Origin: an uncultured Parachlamydiaceae bacterium
Lineage (GTDB): Bacteria; Chlamydiota; Chlamydiia; Chlamydiales; Parachlamydiaceae
Assembly: GCA_963752155.1 (NCBI GenBank)
Contig: CAVVXH010000006.1
Span: forward strand, 217,809 to 281,808
Direction: 5' to 3'
Length of the DNA: 64,000 nucleotides
Positions 8,935 to 18,900 of the stretch are shown in pieces. A program made the translations under genes and the position numbers. The notes under the pieces are model-generated. The model saw only the letters and a list, made by a program, of their open reading frames with translations. It did no database searches and was not told the origin of the DNA. The stretch's first letter is position 1. Every line of letters begins with the position of its first letter.

Positions 8935-10260
8935 TTAGCAAATAGTGGACATTTTCACTAAGCGAGGAATTTCTTGTATCATGTAAAAAGGCACAGAAAG
9001 TACATTTCCTTCAAGAGTAAGAGGTGCTTGAGAAATACGTAAACCGAGGATCGATTTTTTTTCTTCCATGAATTTTTTGAGTGATTTTAATCGCCCTTTA
9101 GCACCTGCCTTTACTTCAATAGGGATCACATGAGATCCCACTTCAACAACATAATCAACTTCAGCATCCGATCCTTTTTTCTCTCGTTCCCAATAGTAGA
9201 GAATGGCTCTTGTATAAGGTTGAGCATAAGCAATGAGTTCTTGACCGACAAATTGTTCCGCCAGAACTCCTCCATTGATAAGAGTAAGATCTTCTGGAGA
9301 AAGCAAAGCTTGTGTAACTTGTGGAATAAGACCGATATCAAGAAATAAAAGTTTAAATCTCTTATCATTTAACTGCGATGATAAAGGAATTCCTGAAGCC
9401 GCATTGGCAAAAACTTGGTGCAAAATTCCTGTGCGACTAAGGACATCCAATGACTCTAGATAATCTCGGGATTGCGCATGGGCATGTATTTTTGCATACT
9501 TAAAATGTTCTCCGATTAACCTTGGAGTCGCCTCAAAAAGCAATTTCATAAATTTTTGTTGCGAATTTTTCGGATATTTCCCCAGATCAGTTTCGTATGT
9601 ATTCAGAAGATTATAGTGTATTCGATCAAGATCTAAAAACTGTCCACTATTTATGACTGAAGCAATAGCTTCAGGCATCCCTCCTATCATAAAATACTCT
9701 CTGACAGATGAAATGAGGCTTGCATGCGTTGCTGCTCCAATCGGCTTTAACGGGGTGGCCTCTTTGATCCAAGAAAGAGCTAACTCATCTCCCTTTGCCT
9801 CTAAAAACTCAATAAATGATAACGGTCTCATATATAAATACTCTATTCGACCAACAGGGAAAGAAAATCGTTCATCACCCATCATAAATTCAAGGAGTGA
9901 TCCTGCACCAATCACATGCATCTCAGGCATCTGTTCTTTAAAAAAACGTAAAGAAAGAAGAGCGTTCGGACAAACCTGAATCTCATCAAAAAATAAAAGC
10001 GTTTTACCTGGAACAATAGGTTTTCTTAATCGTGCAGACAGATCTCTTAATATATAGGAAGGACTGAGGTCTCCATCAAAGGAAAATTTCGCATCTCGCA
10101 ATTCTTCAAAATTTACAGTGACAAGGGATTCAAAATGATCGTTTCCAAATTTTTCAATCGAGAAACTTTTTCCAATCTGTCGTGCACCTCGCACGAGAAG
10201 TGGCTTCCGATCTGATCTTTGTTTCCAATTGATAAATTCTTGTTCTATTAGCCTCTTCAT
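8935..10260 (-). CDS. AAA+ ATPase of the AAA_14 / DUF4143 type
   Basis: Walker A GARQIGKS, Walker B LLFFDEIQ, and a C-terminal EVDYVVE...IPIEVK module typical of this family. Confidence 0.8.
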   Translation of the reverse strand: MKRLIEQEFINWKQRSDRKPLLVRGARQIGKSFSIEKFGNDHFESLVTVNFEELRDAKFSFDGDLSPSYILRDLSARLRKPIVPGKTLLFFDEIQVCPNALLSLRFFKEQMPEMHVIGAGSLLEFMMGDERFSFPVGRIEYLYMRPLSFIEFLEAKGDELALSWIKEATPLKPIGAATHASLISSVREYFMIGGMPEAIASVINSGQFLDLDRIHYNLLNTYETDLGKYPKNSQQKFMKLLFEATPRLIGEHFKYAKIHAHAQSRDYLESLDVLSRTGILHQVFANAASGIPLSSQLNDKRFKLLFLDIGLIPQVTQALLSPEDLTLINGGVLAEQFVGQELIAYAQPYTRAILYYWEREKKGSDAEVDYVVEVGSHVIPIEVKAGAKGRLKSLKKFMEEKKSILGLRISQAPLTLEGNVLSVPFYMIQEIPRLVKMSTIC

Positions 10261-10281
10261 CTTGAACCATCTTTTTGTTTT

Positions 10282-10347
10282 TGCAGAAAATTGACGGGTA
10301 TTTTTTCACAATTATGCAGAAAATAAGGGGGTATTTTTTCACAATTA
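10282..10347. repeat. 33-bp direct tandem duplication upstream of the AAA ATPase gene
   Basis: TGCAGAAAATTGACGGGTATTTTTTCACAATTA / TGCAGAAAATAAGGGGGTATTTTTTCACAATTA. Confidence 0.8.
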
Positions 10348-10551
10348 TGCAAAAAAAAAGGTAGATGTCAAGTTAAAATCTTTAAAAAGTAACCAAATAG
10401 GTTGAGAAAAAGTCTCATAAGAAAAATCGTGTTCATCATTTCTAAATTTGAATTTTCAATCATAAATAAAAAATAGAGCTTTTATGTTTGATTTAATTAT
10501 GAGTTAGATTACAATTTCATTATGTTTAAAAAAGTAAAAACGGAGTTATAA

Positions 10552-11268
10552 ATGGATATTTTAAATTTTATTGTTAATAATAGATGCCTAGCTTTTTCTG
10601 CATGTTTTGTTGGGGGTTATGCACTTAACAGTGCCTCACTAGTAGTTAATAGAATGGCTGTTAAATATTTGGGTCTACCTATAGATGTACACAATCACCA
10701 AGAGTATGATGAGTGGTCCGCCAATTTAGTTAAAGCTAACAAAAGATTCGCAATTTTAAATGGTATTGAATTCGATAGACAACTAGGAGCACTTTTATAT
10801 GATTTCACTGCTATAGCAATTCGTGAAGAAATTTCGAATCGTTATCTTTTGGAAACAATTGTATTACCGTGTATTTGTCCTCAATTTGCGGCTTTTTCAA
10901 TCGCCCGTACATGCGTTTCTAGCCTGTTATTTGCTGCAGCACATTTACAAAATAATCACCCTAGTGAAGCCTTAGCGGGACAGTTTTTCGATACAGCTCT
11001 TTTAGGTCTGGTGTGTTCATTAGCCCAACAAAAAATAGGTTTAGTGGGTTCGATATTTATTCATGTAGGATATAACTTGTATGGTTGGCAATACACGTAT
11101 AATCAAAATTTTGTAGATGTGGCAAAAAAAATAAAAGCAATCCAATTAATAGATGTTATTCATCCTCTAAAGATTGTCACATTATTAGGCCTTTTTATTG
11201 ATGATGCACTTTCTCCTGCTATTCTGGCCTATCAAGGCACTAAGAAAATAGTAAGCTCTTTTACTTAA
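10552..11268 (+). CDS. CPBP-family (CAAX-type) intramembrane metalloprotease
   Basis: Ordered motifs EExxxR (REEISNR), FxxxH (FAAAH) and HxxxN (HVGYN) within hydrophobic segments. Confidence 0.65.
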   Translation: MDILNFIVNNRCLAFSACFVGGYALNSASLVVNRMAVKYLGLPIDVHNHQEYDEWSANLVKANKRFAILNGIEFDRQLGALLYDFTAIAIREEISNRYLLETIVLPCICPQFAAFSIARTCVSSLLFAAAHLQNNHPSEALAGQFFDTALLGLVCSLAQQKIGLVGSIFIHVGYNLYGWQYTYNQNFVDVAKKIKAIQLIDVIHPLKIVTLLGLFIDDALSPAILAYQGTKKIVSSFT

Positions 11269-11276
11269 AAAATAAG

Positions 11277-11410
11277 GCTATGTTCACCTGTACACGAGAA
11301 ACTTTCGCTCAATTATTCCTCCTCTGTGATCTCTGTGGTAAAAAAAATCTACCACAGAGATCACAGAGAACACAGAGGAGGAATAATTAAGCGAAGAAGT
11401 GAACAAGGCT
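11277..11410. repeat. Palindromic repeat family D, full copy, between convergent genes
   Basis: Arms ...CAATTATTCCTCCTCTGTGATCTCTGTGGTA / TACCACAGAGATCACAGAGAACACAGAGGAGGAATAATT... The right half recurs at 477-525. Confidence 0.8.
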
Positions 11411-11456
11411 AAAAATAATTTTGGCAAAAAAGAACTCCTGGGAGGCTTGGGGTGGT

Positions 11457-12482
11457 TCAGACCCAATCTAGAATAACTTTTCCTGAGTTGCATGAAAGCA
11501 TGATATCAAATCCCTTCTGAAATTCATCAACAGGGAAATGATGCGTAATGATCGGGGTTATATCGAGTCCACTTTCGAGCATATGGGTCATCTTATACCA
11601 TGTCGAAAAGATTTTGCGACCATAAATCCCCCTAAGAACCAACATCTTGAAGATCACTAAATTCCAATCGATGGGGCAATTTGAAGGCAATATTCCTAGT
11701 AAAGAAATTTTAGCTCCGGATTGTGCCTTCTCCAAAAGTGTGTTGAGTCCATCAGGATGACCGGACATTTCCATTCCTACTGTAAAGCCATCTTCAATCC
11801 CAAGTCGTTTTATAGCCTGCGAAAGTGAATCTTTAGACACATTGACTGCACATGTAGCTCCAAGTTTTTTTGCAAGATCGAGTCGATAGTCGTTTACGTC
11901 TGTAATAACAACATGGCGCGCTCCTGCTTTCCTTGCAATAGCCGCAGCCATACAGCCAATTGGACCTGCACCTGTAATAAGAACATCTTCCCCTGCAAGA
12001 TCCGCAGAAAGTGCTGTATGCACAGCATTACCCAAAGGATCAAATATAGCTGCAAGATCGTCGCTGACGATGGGAGGAAGTAAAAAAACATTTTCAGCAG
12101 GAAAATTAAAGTACTCTGCAAAACATCCATGACGATGAACACCTGTTCCCAATGTATCTTTACAAAGATGTCTTCGTCCTGTACGACAGCCTGGACAGAC
12201 TCCGCAAGTGATGTGTCCTTCTCCACTGACCCTCTCGCCTACCTTTAGCCCCTTCACATTTTTACCGACTTCAACGATTTCTCCCATAAATTCATGTCCG
12301 ATGACAGTTGGAATAGAAATAGTCTTTTGAGCCCATTCATCCCACTTATAAATATGTACATCGGTTCCACAAATAGACGTTTTGCGAATTTTAATGAGGA
12401 CTTCATCATCTTTCAGGATTGGTATTGGAACATCTTCCATCCAAATCCCTTCTTTAGAGTAACTTTTAATCAGAGCTTTCAT
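11457..12482 (-). CDS. tdh: L-threonine 3-dehydrogenase
   Basis: ICGTDVH, GHEFMGE and GAGPIG motifs. Lies directly downstream of kbl. Confidence 0.92.
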   Translation of the reverse strand: MKALIKSYSKEGIWMEDVPIPILKDDEVLIKIRKTSICGTDVHIYKWDEWAQKTISIPTVIGHEFMGEIVEVGKNVKGLKVGERVSGEGHITCGVCPGCRTGRRHLCKDTLGTGVHRHGCFAEYFNFPAENVFLLPPIVSDDLAAIFDPLGNAVHTALSADLAGEDVLITGAGPIGCMAAAIARKAGARHVVITDVNDYRLDLAKKLGATCAVNVSKDSLSQAIKRLGIEDGFTVGMEMSGHPDGLNTLLEKAQSGAKISLLGILPSNCPIDWNLVIFKMLVLRGIYGRKIFSTWYKMTHMLESGLDITPIITHHFPVDEFQKGFDIMLSCNSGKVILDWV

Positions 12483-12490
12483 TCTAATCC

Positions 12491-12553
12491 TTTAGGGATT
12501 GGGCAAAAATAACTTGCACGATTGAGCAAGTTATTATTGCTCAGTCCCTTAAA
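12491..12553. repeat. Family C hairpin (short form) in the kbl-tdh intercistronic gap
   Basis: TTTAGGGATTGGGCAAAAATAACTTGC-ACGATTGA-GCAAGTTATTATTGCTCAGTCCCTTAAA. Its base touches the kbl stop codon and the tdh SD. Confidence 0.8.
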
Positions 12554-13751
12554 TAACTCTAAGTTTTTTTCCAACCTGAGCAAACGCTTCAAGAGCAATG
12601 TCAAGGTCCTCTCGAGAATGAGCTGCCGACATTTGTGTGCGAATGCGAGCTTTTCCTTGTGGAACGACCGGATAACTAAATCCTATGACATACACTCCTA
12701 GTGTAAGCATTTCTTTGGCAAAGTTTTGAGCTAATGTAGCATCTCCTAACATAACAGGAATAATAGGATGACTGCCAGGAACAAGTTCAAACCCTAAATC
12801 CGTCATTTTTTTTCGAAAATAGAGACTATTTTCATGCAACCTTTTGCGCAAATCACCTCCAGATCCAAGCATATCAAGCACAGCGATAGATGCAGCAACA
12901 ATGGAAGGAGCTAATGAATTCGAAAATAAATAAGGGCGTGATCGCTGACGAAGCCATTCAATGATTTCACGACGACCTGAAGTATATCCTCCGGATGCAC
13001 CTCCAAGGGCTTTTCCCAATGTTCCTGTGATGATATCGATGCGATCTTGCACACCGCAATATTCCGGAGTTCCACGCCCAGTTTCTCCAATAAATCCAAC
13101 AGCATGACTATCGTCGACCATCACCAGGGCATTGTAGCGATCGGCAAGATGACAAATTTCCTGAAGATTAGCGATGATTCCATCCATCGAAAAAACGCCA
13201 TCTGTAGCGATAAGCCTAAATCGAGTATCTGAACAGCTTTTAAGTTTTTCTTCGAGATCCGCCATCTCATTATTAGCGTACCGCAAGCGTCTTGATTTCG
13301 AGAGTCGAATCCCATCGATGATACTTGCATGGTTAAGGCTATCGCTGATAATCGCATCAGCTTCTCCAAACAACGTCTCGAATAGACCTCCATTGGCATC
13401 AAAGCATGAAGAATAAAGAATCGTATCCTCGGTACCTAAGAATTTTGAAATCTGTTTTTCAAGTTCATGGTGAATTGTTTGTGTACCGCAAATAAAACGC
13501 ACTGAAGCCATTCCAAAGCCATAAGATTCATAACTTTTTTTGGCTGCTTCGATGAGGGAGGGATGATTGGCTAAGCCTAAATAATTGTTTGCGCAAAAAT
13601 TGATGACAGTACGTCCATCAGCTATTTTGATGTGTGCTTGCTGTGGAGAAATAATTTCTCTTTCATACTTATACAACCCATTTTTTTTTAAATCTTCAAT
13701 TTGTTCACGAATAAATTCTTTAAATTGAAGCCTATAAGTTAACTTGTCCAT
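12549..13751 (-). CDS. kbl: 2-amino-3-ketobutyrate CoA ligase (glycine C-acetyltransferase)
   Basis: PLP-dependent alpha-oxoamine synthase pattern, including DDSHAVG and TLGKALGG (PLP lysine). Classic kbl-tdh pairing. Confidence 0.92.
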   Translation of the reverse strand: MDKLTYRLQFKEFIREQIEDLKKNGLYKYEREIISPQQAHIKIADGRTVINFCANNYLGLANHPSLIEAAKKSYESYGFGMASVRFICGTQTIHHELEKQISKFLGTEDTILYSSCFDANGGLFETLFGEADAIISDSLNHASIIDGIRLSKSRRLRYANNEMADLEEKLKSCSDTRFRLIATDGVFSMDGIIANLQEICHLADRYNALVMVDDSHAVGFIGETGRGTPEYCGVQDRIDIITGTLGKALGGASGGYTSGRREIIEWLRQRSRPYLFSNSLAPSIVAASIAVLDMLGSGGDLRKRLHENSLYFRKKMTDLGFELVPGSHPIIPVMLGDATLAQNFAKEMLTLGVYVIGFSYPVVPQGKARIRTQMSAAHSREDLDIALEAFAQVGKKLRVI

Positions 13752-13984
13752 AGTTTTACCGATACTACAAGGAAATTTTATTTGCTATTAGAATTCTGCA
13801 TTTTTTAGCGGAAAATAACAGGTTGTTTAATAGATGTGTTTAATTTTTCCTAAATTCGAAGTTTTTTTGACCAAACAGGCAAAAGATATTCTCAAAAAGA
13901 TGCCGTCGTGTTATGACTGTTTTGTAAGACTCAAAATCATTGATTCAAAATTTATTTTGCTTTACCCGTATAATGGAGAGTTGC

Positions 13985-15199
13985 ATGCGTCATTTGTGTT
14001 TACCTTTTATATGTGGAGCTCTTTTGAGCCAAATTCAAGCTTCCGACTCCTCTTCAAATCATCATTTACGAACAGATCTCTACCCCATACTACGTTTGGA
14101 ATCTACATCGCGGTTCTTTGATGATGAGGCTGCTTTCTTATTTGTGGGAGAACTTGGACAAAAACTCAATCGGGTAAATGCGACATTTGGCTTTTTAACA
14201 TCATGTGGACATCATTTTAAATTTGGAGGGGAAATCTTGAATCAAGAAATCAAGTATTTTTTTCCAAGTGCAAATGACAAAGGATGGGTTCGACAATATG
14301 CTGCCGGAGGTGTCTATCAAACAACATTTGGTTGTGGAAAGTTCTTTAAAAGCTTCGATATTGCAGGGCAATATTCTGATGTCTCTCGTTATCGTATTCA
14401 TGATTTTTATGAAGACCCTAAAGAACGTGATAAAGACAAACATGGAGAACACCACCACCACCATTCGGACGTATTTAACCGCACAATTGCCGGAACTCGA
14501 GCCTATGCATTTTCAGTGGGTCTTACAGTTGCACCCTGGTATGGGGCCCTCTTGACTGGAGCAGCCGTCTATGATAGAGTAGACTATCTCCTCAAATTTT
14601 CAAAAAATAGAATTGTTGAAGGAGCAGGAGGCACGGTCAACTACGAACAAAGACTTTTTTTTGATACGAACCTAGTATTAAAGGCTGAACTGCGAGCACC
14701 TTACGATTATTATGAAGGGAAATTGCAATGGGGAACCACGTTTTATTATGGAGATGTAACCTTGGGACTTTATGGAGGTTGGACTAAGGGCAAAAGAGGA
14801 TTGCCAGACACAACTGTTGCAGGAGTGGAAATCGATTTAGATTATGCGCTGACCAATTACTCGCGAAAAAGCTCTGTAGGAGTTTGCGGAGATTCCCCTT
14901 ATGGTTTTAACGCTACTTGGGGAGAGGATCCTTATTACATGGCGTGGCTAGCTCAACCAGCAGTCTATATCCCTCAAGTCTTAGCCATCTCCGAACAACG
15001 TTTAATTGTTCCTCCTGAAAAACCCTTGCACCACCATCGTCATCACCACAGAGATGGAAAACATAAACATTGTCGATGCCGATGCATTAAAAATACAATT
15101 CCTCCAGGCACAGTAATTAACGATGGAAGCTTCCCTCTTCGTGATGAAATTGATATTGTAGATGAAAATGATAATTTTATAGATGATCCCTACAACTAG
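13985..15199 (+). CDS. Histidine-rich secreted protein, possibly an outer-membrane beta-barrel
   Basis: Start moved to ATG 13985 (GGAGAG upstream; signal peptide MRHLCLPFICGALLSQIQA). His tracts HGEHHHHHSD and HHHRHHHRDGKHKHCRCRC. Aromatic/Gly-rich alternating segments. Confidence 0.55.
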   Translation: MRHLCLPFICGALLSQIQASDSSSNHHLRTDLYPILRLESTSRFFDDEAAFLFVGELGQKLNRVNATFGFLTSCGHHFKFGGEILNQEIKYFFPSANDKGWVRQYAAGGVYQTTFGCGKFFKSFDIAGQYSDVSRYRIHDFYEDPKERDKDKHGEHHHHHSDVFNRTIAGTRAYAFSVGLTVAPWYGALLTGAAVYDRVDYLLKFSKNRIVEGAGGTVNYEQRLFFDTNLVLKAELRAPYDYYEGKLQWGTTFYYGDVTLGLYGGWTKGKRGLPDTTVAGVEIDLDYALTNYSRKSSVGVCGDSPYGFNATWGEDPYYMAWLAQPAVYIPQVLAISEQRLIVPPEKPLHHHRHHHRDGKHKHCRCRCIKNTIPPGTVINDGSFPLRDEIDIVDENDNFIDDPYN

Positions 15200-15208
15200 A
15201 TATGAAAT

Positions 15209-16027
15209 ATGTTAAAAAAAGATACTGAAATGATGCCTGTCCCTGGGACTTCCTTGTCATCCCTCGATATGGCTCGGTTGAGAAATTATCTCATTGAGAT
15301 TATTAATGATCCTGAAATTCCTGAGAACGATGTCCAGTGGGAGGAAAGACTCATTGGCCTTGGACTCCTTACAAAAACTCAAATACGAGAAGTCGTTTGC
15401 ACCATTGCCGGTTTGGTATTGTTTGGAATATCTCCTAGACGCTATTTAAAGCAAGCTGGGCTAAGAATTATGGCATTTTTCGATAATGAAAAATCCTATA
15501 ATGCAGTTCTAGATGAAGTCTTAGACGGGCCAATTGTCGGTCGATTTGCTAAGGATGGTTCAGGAAATAAACAAATCATTGACGGAGGTTTAATCGGAAA
15601 AATGACAAATCTTCTTCGTCCTATTGTTTCGCGAGAAAGTGATACAATTGATGAATACATGCGAAAAAATAAAATATGGCTATATCCTTGGGATGCCATT
15701 CGAGAAACTGTCATCAATGCAATCGCTCACCGCGATTGGACCCGATCTGTTGACATAGAAATTACAAGTTATCTCGATCGTCTTGAAGTGACTAGTCCAG
15801 GATCCCTTTCTAATTCGATGACTATAGAAAAAATGAAAGCAGGACAAAGATCTCCACGAAATCCCACGATTGTTAGCATTTTACGTGATTATGGCTATGT
15901 CGATGCAAGGGGAATGGGTGTTCGCACTAAAATTGTTCCTTTAATGATAAGAGAAAACCATGTTGAACCAAAGTTTAACGCAACTGAAGATTTTTTAAAA
16001 ACAATTCTATATCAGAATCCCCGTTAA
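15209..16027 (+). CDS. HATPase_c_4 (RecG-C-terminal-like / AlbA_2-associated) domain protein, apparently lacking the usual N-terminal domain
   Basis: IRETVINAIAHRDW...LEVTSPGSL...RSPRNPTIVSILRDYGYVDARGMGV matches the family signature. Confidence 0.65.
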   Translation: MLKKDTEMMPVPGTSLSSLDMARLRNYLIEIINDPEIPENDVQWEERLIGLGLLTKTQIREVVCTIAGLVLFGISPRRYLKQAGLRIMAFFDNEKSYNAVLDEVLDGPIVGRFAKDGSGNKQIIDGGLIGKMTNLLRPIVSRESDTIDEYMRKNKIWLYPWDAIRETVINAIAHRDWTRSVDIEITSYLDRLEVTSPGSLSNSMTIEKMKAGQRSPRNPTIVSILRDYGYVDARGMGVRTKIVPLMIRENHVEPKFNATEDFLKTILYQNPR

Positions 16028-16096
16028 TGAACTTGACAAAGCAAGCGAATTAGTATAACGTTTACTTTCCTATACAGTACTTTAGCAAGGAAATTT

Positions 16097-17224
16097 ATGG
16101 CTATGAAATTTGTAATCTCCACACCGCAATTAATCTCACTCGTCTCAAAATGTCTCAATGTTGTTCCCGCAAAAACAACAATACCGCTACTGTCAAATTT
16201 GCTCATTGAAGCGGTTCACGATGAACTGATTCTTACAGCAACTGACCTCACAGTAGGCATCCGATGCTATGCAGATGCAAAGATATTGAATGAGGGAGCA
16301 ACAACATTGCCCGCACGACGTTTCTCACAACTCATTAAAGAACTCACTGCTGCAAACTTAGAAATTTCTACCAATTCAAACGAAACAACAGAGATCTTGG
16401 CTGATTCTTCTCGTTTTAAATTAAATGGGATGAGCAAGCTAGAATTTCCCACTTTGCCTGAATTTAAAGAGGCTTTTCATTTCAAGGTCAAGCAATCTAT
16501 TTTACGCGATATGCTTTACTATACCTCTTTTGCTGTCTCGAGAGAAGACAACCGATACACCCTCACAGGTGTATGTCTGACTTTAGCCAATTCCACAGCA
16601 ACTTTTGCAGGGACAGATGGCAAACGTTTAGCTAAAGCGCACATGCCCATAGAAATCGATTCCACCTTTCGAAATAGCTACATCATTCCATTAAAAGCTG
16701 TCGATGAAATCCAAAAAAACCTAGGAGATGATGGAGATGTAACCGTCTATCTTATGAAAGATAAAATTGCCATCGAAGCTGGGCAAACGATAATTATCAC
16801 GAAACTTCTTACAGGCGATTATCCAGATATCGATCGCATCATTCCACAAAACATAGAAGCTACCGTCATTTTGCATCGCGAAGAGCTTATGACGCTTTTA
16901 AGACAAATTTCTCTTTTTACAGCAGACAGCAGCAATTCGGTGCGTTTTACCTTCACAGAAGGGACATTACAACTCAGTGCAAATACAATGGAAATCGGAG
17001 AAGGCAAGGTTAGCATGCCAGCGAATTATCATGGCAATAAGCTAGAAATAGCTTTTAATCCAGGATTTTTCTTAGATATTTTGCGCCATAGTAAAGGTGA
17101 AACGATCAATTTGGGGGTGACAGATGCATACAATCCAGGGCTGATTACTTCAACTGAGGCCACTCCAATGACCACAGCCTCTCCTTTATTTGTCTTGATG
17201 CCGATGCGACTTAATGAAGATTAG
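16097..17224 (+). CDS. dnaN: DNA polymerase III beta sliding clamp
   Basis: Typical length, N-terminal FVISTPQL...LSNLLIEA pattern, and position directly upstream of recF. Confidence 0.9.
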   Translation: MAMKFVISTPQLISLVSKCLNVVPAKTTIPLLSNLLIEAVHDELILTATDLTVGIRCYADAKILNEGATTLPARRFSQLIKELTAANLEISTNSNETTEILADSSRFKLNGMSKLEFPTLPEFKEAFHFKVKQSILRDMLYYTSFAVSREDNRYTLTGVCLTLANSTATFAGTDGKRLAKAHMPIEIDSTFRNSYIIPLKAVDEIQKNLGDDGDVTVYLMKDKIAIEAGQTIIITKLLTGDYPDIDRIIPQNIEATVILHREELMTLLRQISLFTADSSNSVRFTFTEGTLQLSANTMEIGEGKVSMPANYHGNKLEIAFNPGFFLDILRHSKGETINLGVTDAYNPGLITSTEATPMTTASPLFVLMPMRLNED

Positions 17225-18307
17225 ATGTATTTAAAATCACTCTATCTCTATAACTTTCGGTTATACCAAGAAGCGGTTTTTGATTTCTGCCCGCATCTCA
17301 ATATGATCTGTGGGCCTAATGCAGCTGGCAAAACATCGCTCATCGAAGCTATTTGTTTTCTAGCTGCCGGTCATTCTTTTCGTTCACATCAGACAGCTCA
17401 CCTCATTAGAAATGGGTCTTCATACTTCTATCTCGAAGCGATCTTTGTAAAACATGGAATCGAACAACGCCTTAAAATTACACACAGCCATAAAGAACGC
17501 AAAATATTTATTAATAACACAAGTTATTCTACAACCTCCAGCCTTGTTGGACTTCTCCTCACCGTGGTTTTTTCTCCGGCCGATATCGATCTCATAAAAG
17601 GAGGGCCACAAGGTCGAAGACAGTACCTAGATGAACAGCTGGCTCAGGCGGATCCTCTTTATCACTACCATTGTAATCGCTATGCACGGGCCATGCGTCA
17701 AAGAAATTGCCTTTTAAAAGCAAAAAATTTCAATTCAATTCACAGTTGGGAATATGAAATGGCGGTATCAGCCGCTTATCTCGTACAAAAACGTCTGGAG
17801 TTGCTTGAAGAGCTTCAAAAACACGCAAAGCTCTTTTATGAACAGATTGCTGAGGCAGACGAAGCTTTATCATTGGCATATCGTTCAGCATCCGGAAAAA
17901 TAAGCAACGATCAATCCGCGTTACGAATACATTTTCTTGAACAATATGAAAAAAATAGAGAACGAGAGGTCTTCTTTGCTAGTACACTTGTGGGACCTCA
18001 CAAAGACGAATTGACCGTTTCAATTGGAGAAAATGAAGCCCGCTATTTTGCAAGCGAGGGGCAAATGCGCTCCTGCGCAGCAGCACTGCGTTTAGCAGAA
18101 TGGAAGCGTCTAGAAACCTTTACAGGAGAAAAACCGTTAATGTTACTAGATGATATTTCAACAAGCTTAGATCAAAAGCGTACTGAACATTTGTTTCGAT
18201 TGTTAGATTCTCTGGGACAACTGTTTTTAACAGGCACAGAGGAACCTATTTGCTATCCTGACAATATTGAACGTAAAATGATTTCATTACCTAATTCAAT
18301 CTTATAA
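17225..18307 (+). CDS. recF: DNA replication and repair protein RecF
   Basis: Walker A GPNAAGKTS, signature ASEGQMRS, Walker B LMLLDDI. Start abuts the dnaN stop. Confidence 0.9.
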   Translation: MYLKSLYLYNFRLYQEAVFDFCPHLNMICGPNAAGKTSLIEAICFLAAGHSFRSHQTAHLIRNGSSYFYLEAIFVKHGIEQRLKITHSHKERKIFINNTSYSTTSSLVGLLLTVVFSPADIDLIKGGPQGRRQYLDEQLAQADPLYHYHCNRYARAMRQRNCLLKAKNFNSIHSWEYEMAVSAAYLVQKRLELLEELQKHAKLFYEQIAEADEALSLAYRSASGKISNDQSALRIHFLEQYEKNREREVFFASTLVGPHKDELTVSIGENEARYFASEGQMRSCAAALRLAEWKRLETFTGEKPLMLLDDISTSLDQKRTEHLFRLLDSLGQLFLTGTEEPICYPDNIERKMISLPNSIL

Positions 18308-18314
18308 AAAAGGA

Positions 18315-18823
18315 CGATATTAGAAGCGAGACAAGTTGCCTGCGGCGCGCCCTATCAGAGAATAACAAATGTTTAAAGCGCCTTGCCATTGGTGCCTGAC
18401 CTGATATTCTGACATTTGCCGATGCAATAACATTGCTTCCTAAAGGGCAAATGTCAGAATGTCAGGTCTGGAACCAAGGCCAGAACATTACCCCCAAGAG
18501 GACAGCAAGGACAACAGGAAACGCGGAACAAATCGGTCAATAGAAATTTTTAATATCATTAAGGATGCTTGTTTGCTTGCTGTCCTTGCCGTCCTTGCTG
18601 TCCTCTGAGAGGTAACGTTCTGGCCTTGGTTCCAGACCTGACATTCTGATATTTGCCCTCCCGGGAGGTTATGTCATCATTTTAGGCAAATATCAGAATA
18701 TCAGGTCAGGCACCAATGGCAAGGCGCTTTAAAATTTTGTTATTTCCCAATAGGGGCACCGCAGACAACTGTCTCGCTTTGTGTTTAATTTTTCCTATAC
18801 TTCGTATCCCGATATCGCAGCAC
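18315..18823 (-). repeat. Family A element, copy A2 (inverted relative to A1), carrying a nested AAGGAC palindrome
   Basis: Same arms as A1, with hairpin loops that are the reverse complements of the A1 loops. The central module is replaced at ~18498-18606 by GAGGACAGCAAGGACAACAGG...GCTGTCCTTGCCGTCCTTGCTGTCCTC. Confidence 0.9.
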
Positions 18824-18900
18824 TTTTTTTCCCAGTTCACATAAAAATGAGGAAATGTTATTTTTATGTGAACTGAACTTTACCGAATAGGTTAAATAGA

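Noticed and set aside
13834-14121. ORF 13834..14121, and the longer 13940 start for the His-rich protein
   Set aside because: ATG 13985 has an SD-like GGAGAG and yields a clean signal peptide. The upstream extensions add non-signal residues or are in another frame.
15900-16100. oriC / DnaA-box cluster next to dnaN
   Set aside because: No dnaA gene is upstream, and I could not find repeated TTATCCACA-like boxes in the short dnaN upstream region. The TTATCG in the 9-mer arrays does not match a DnaA box beyond 5 nt.
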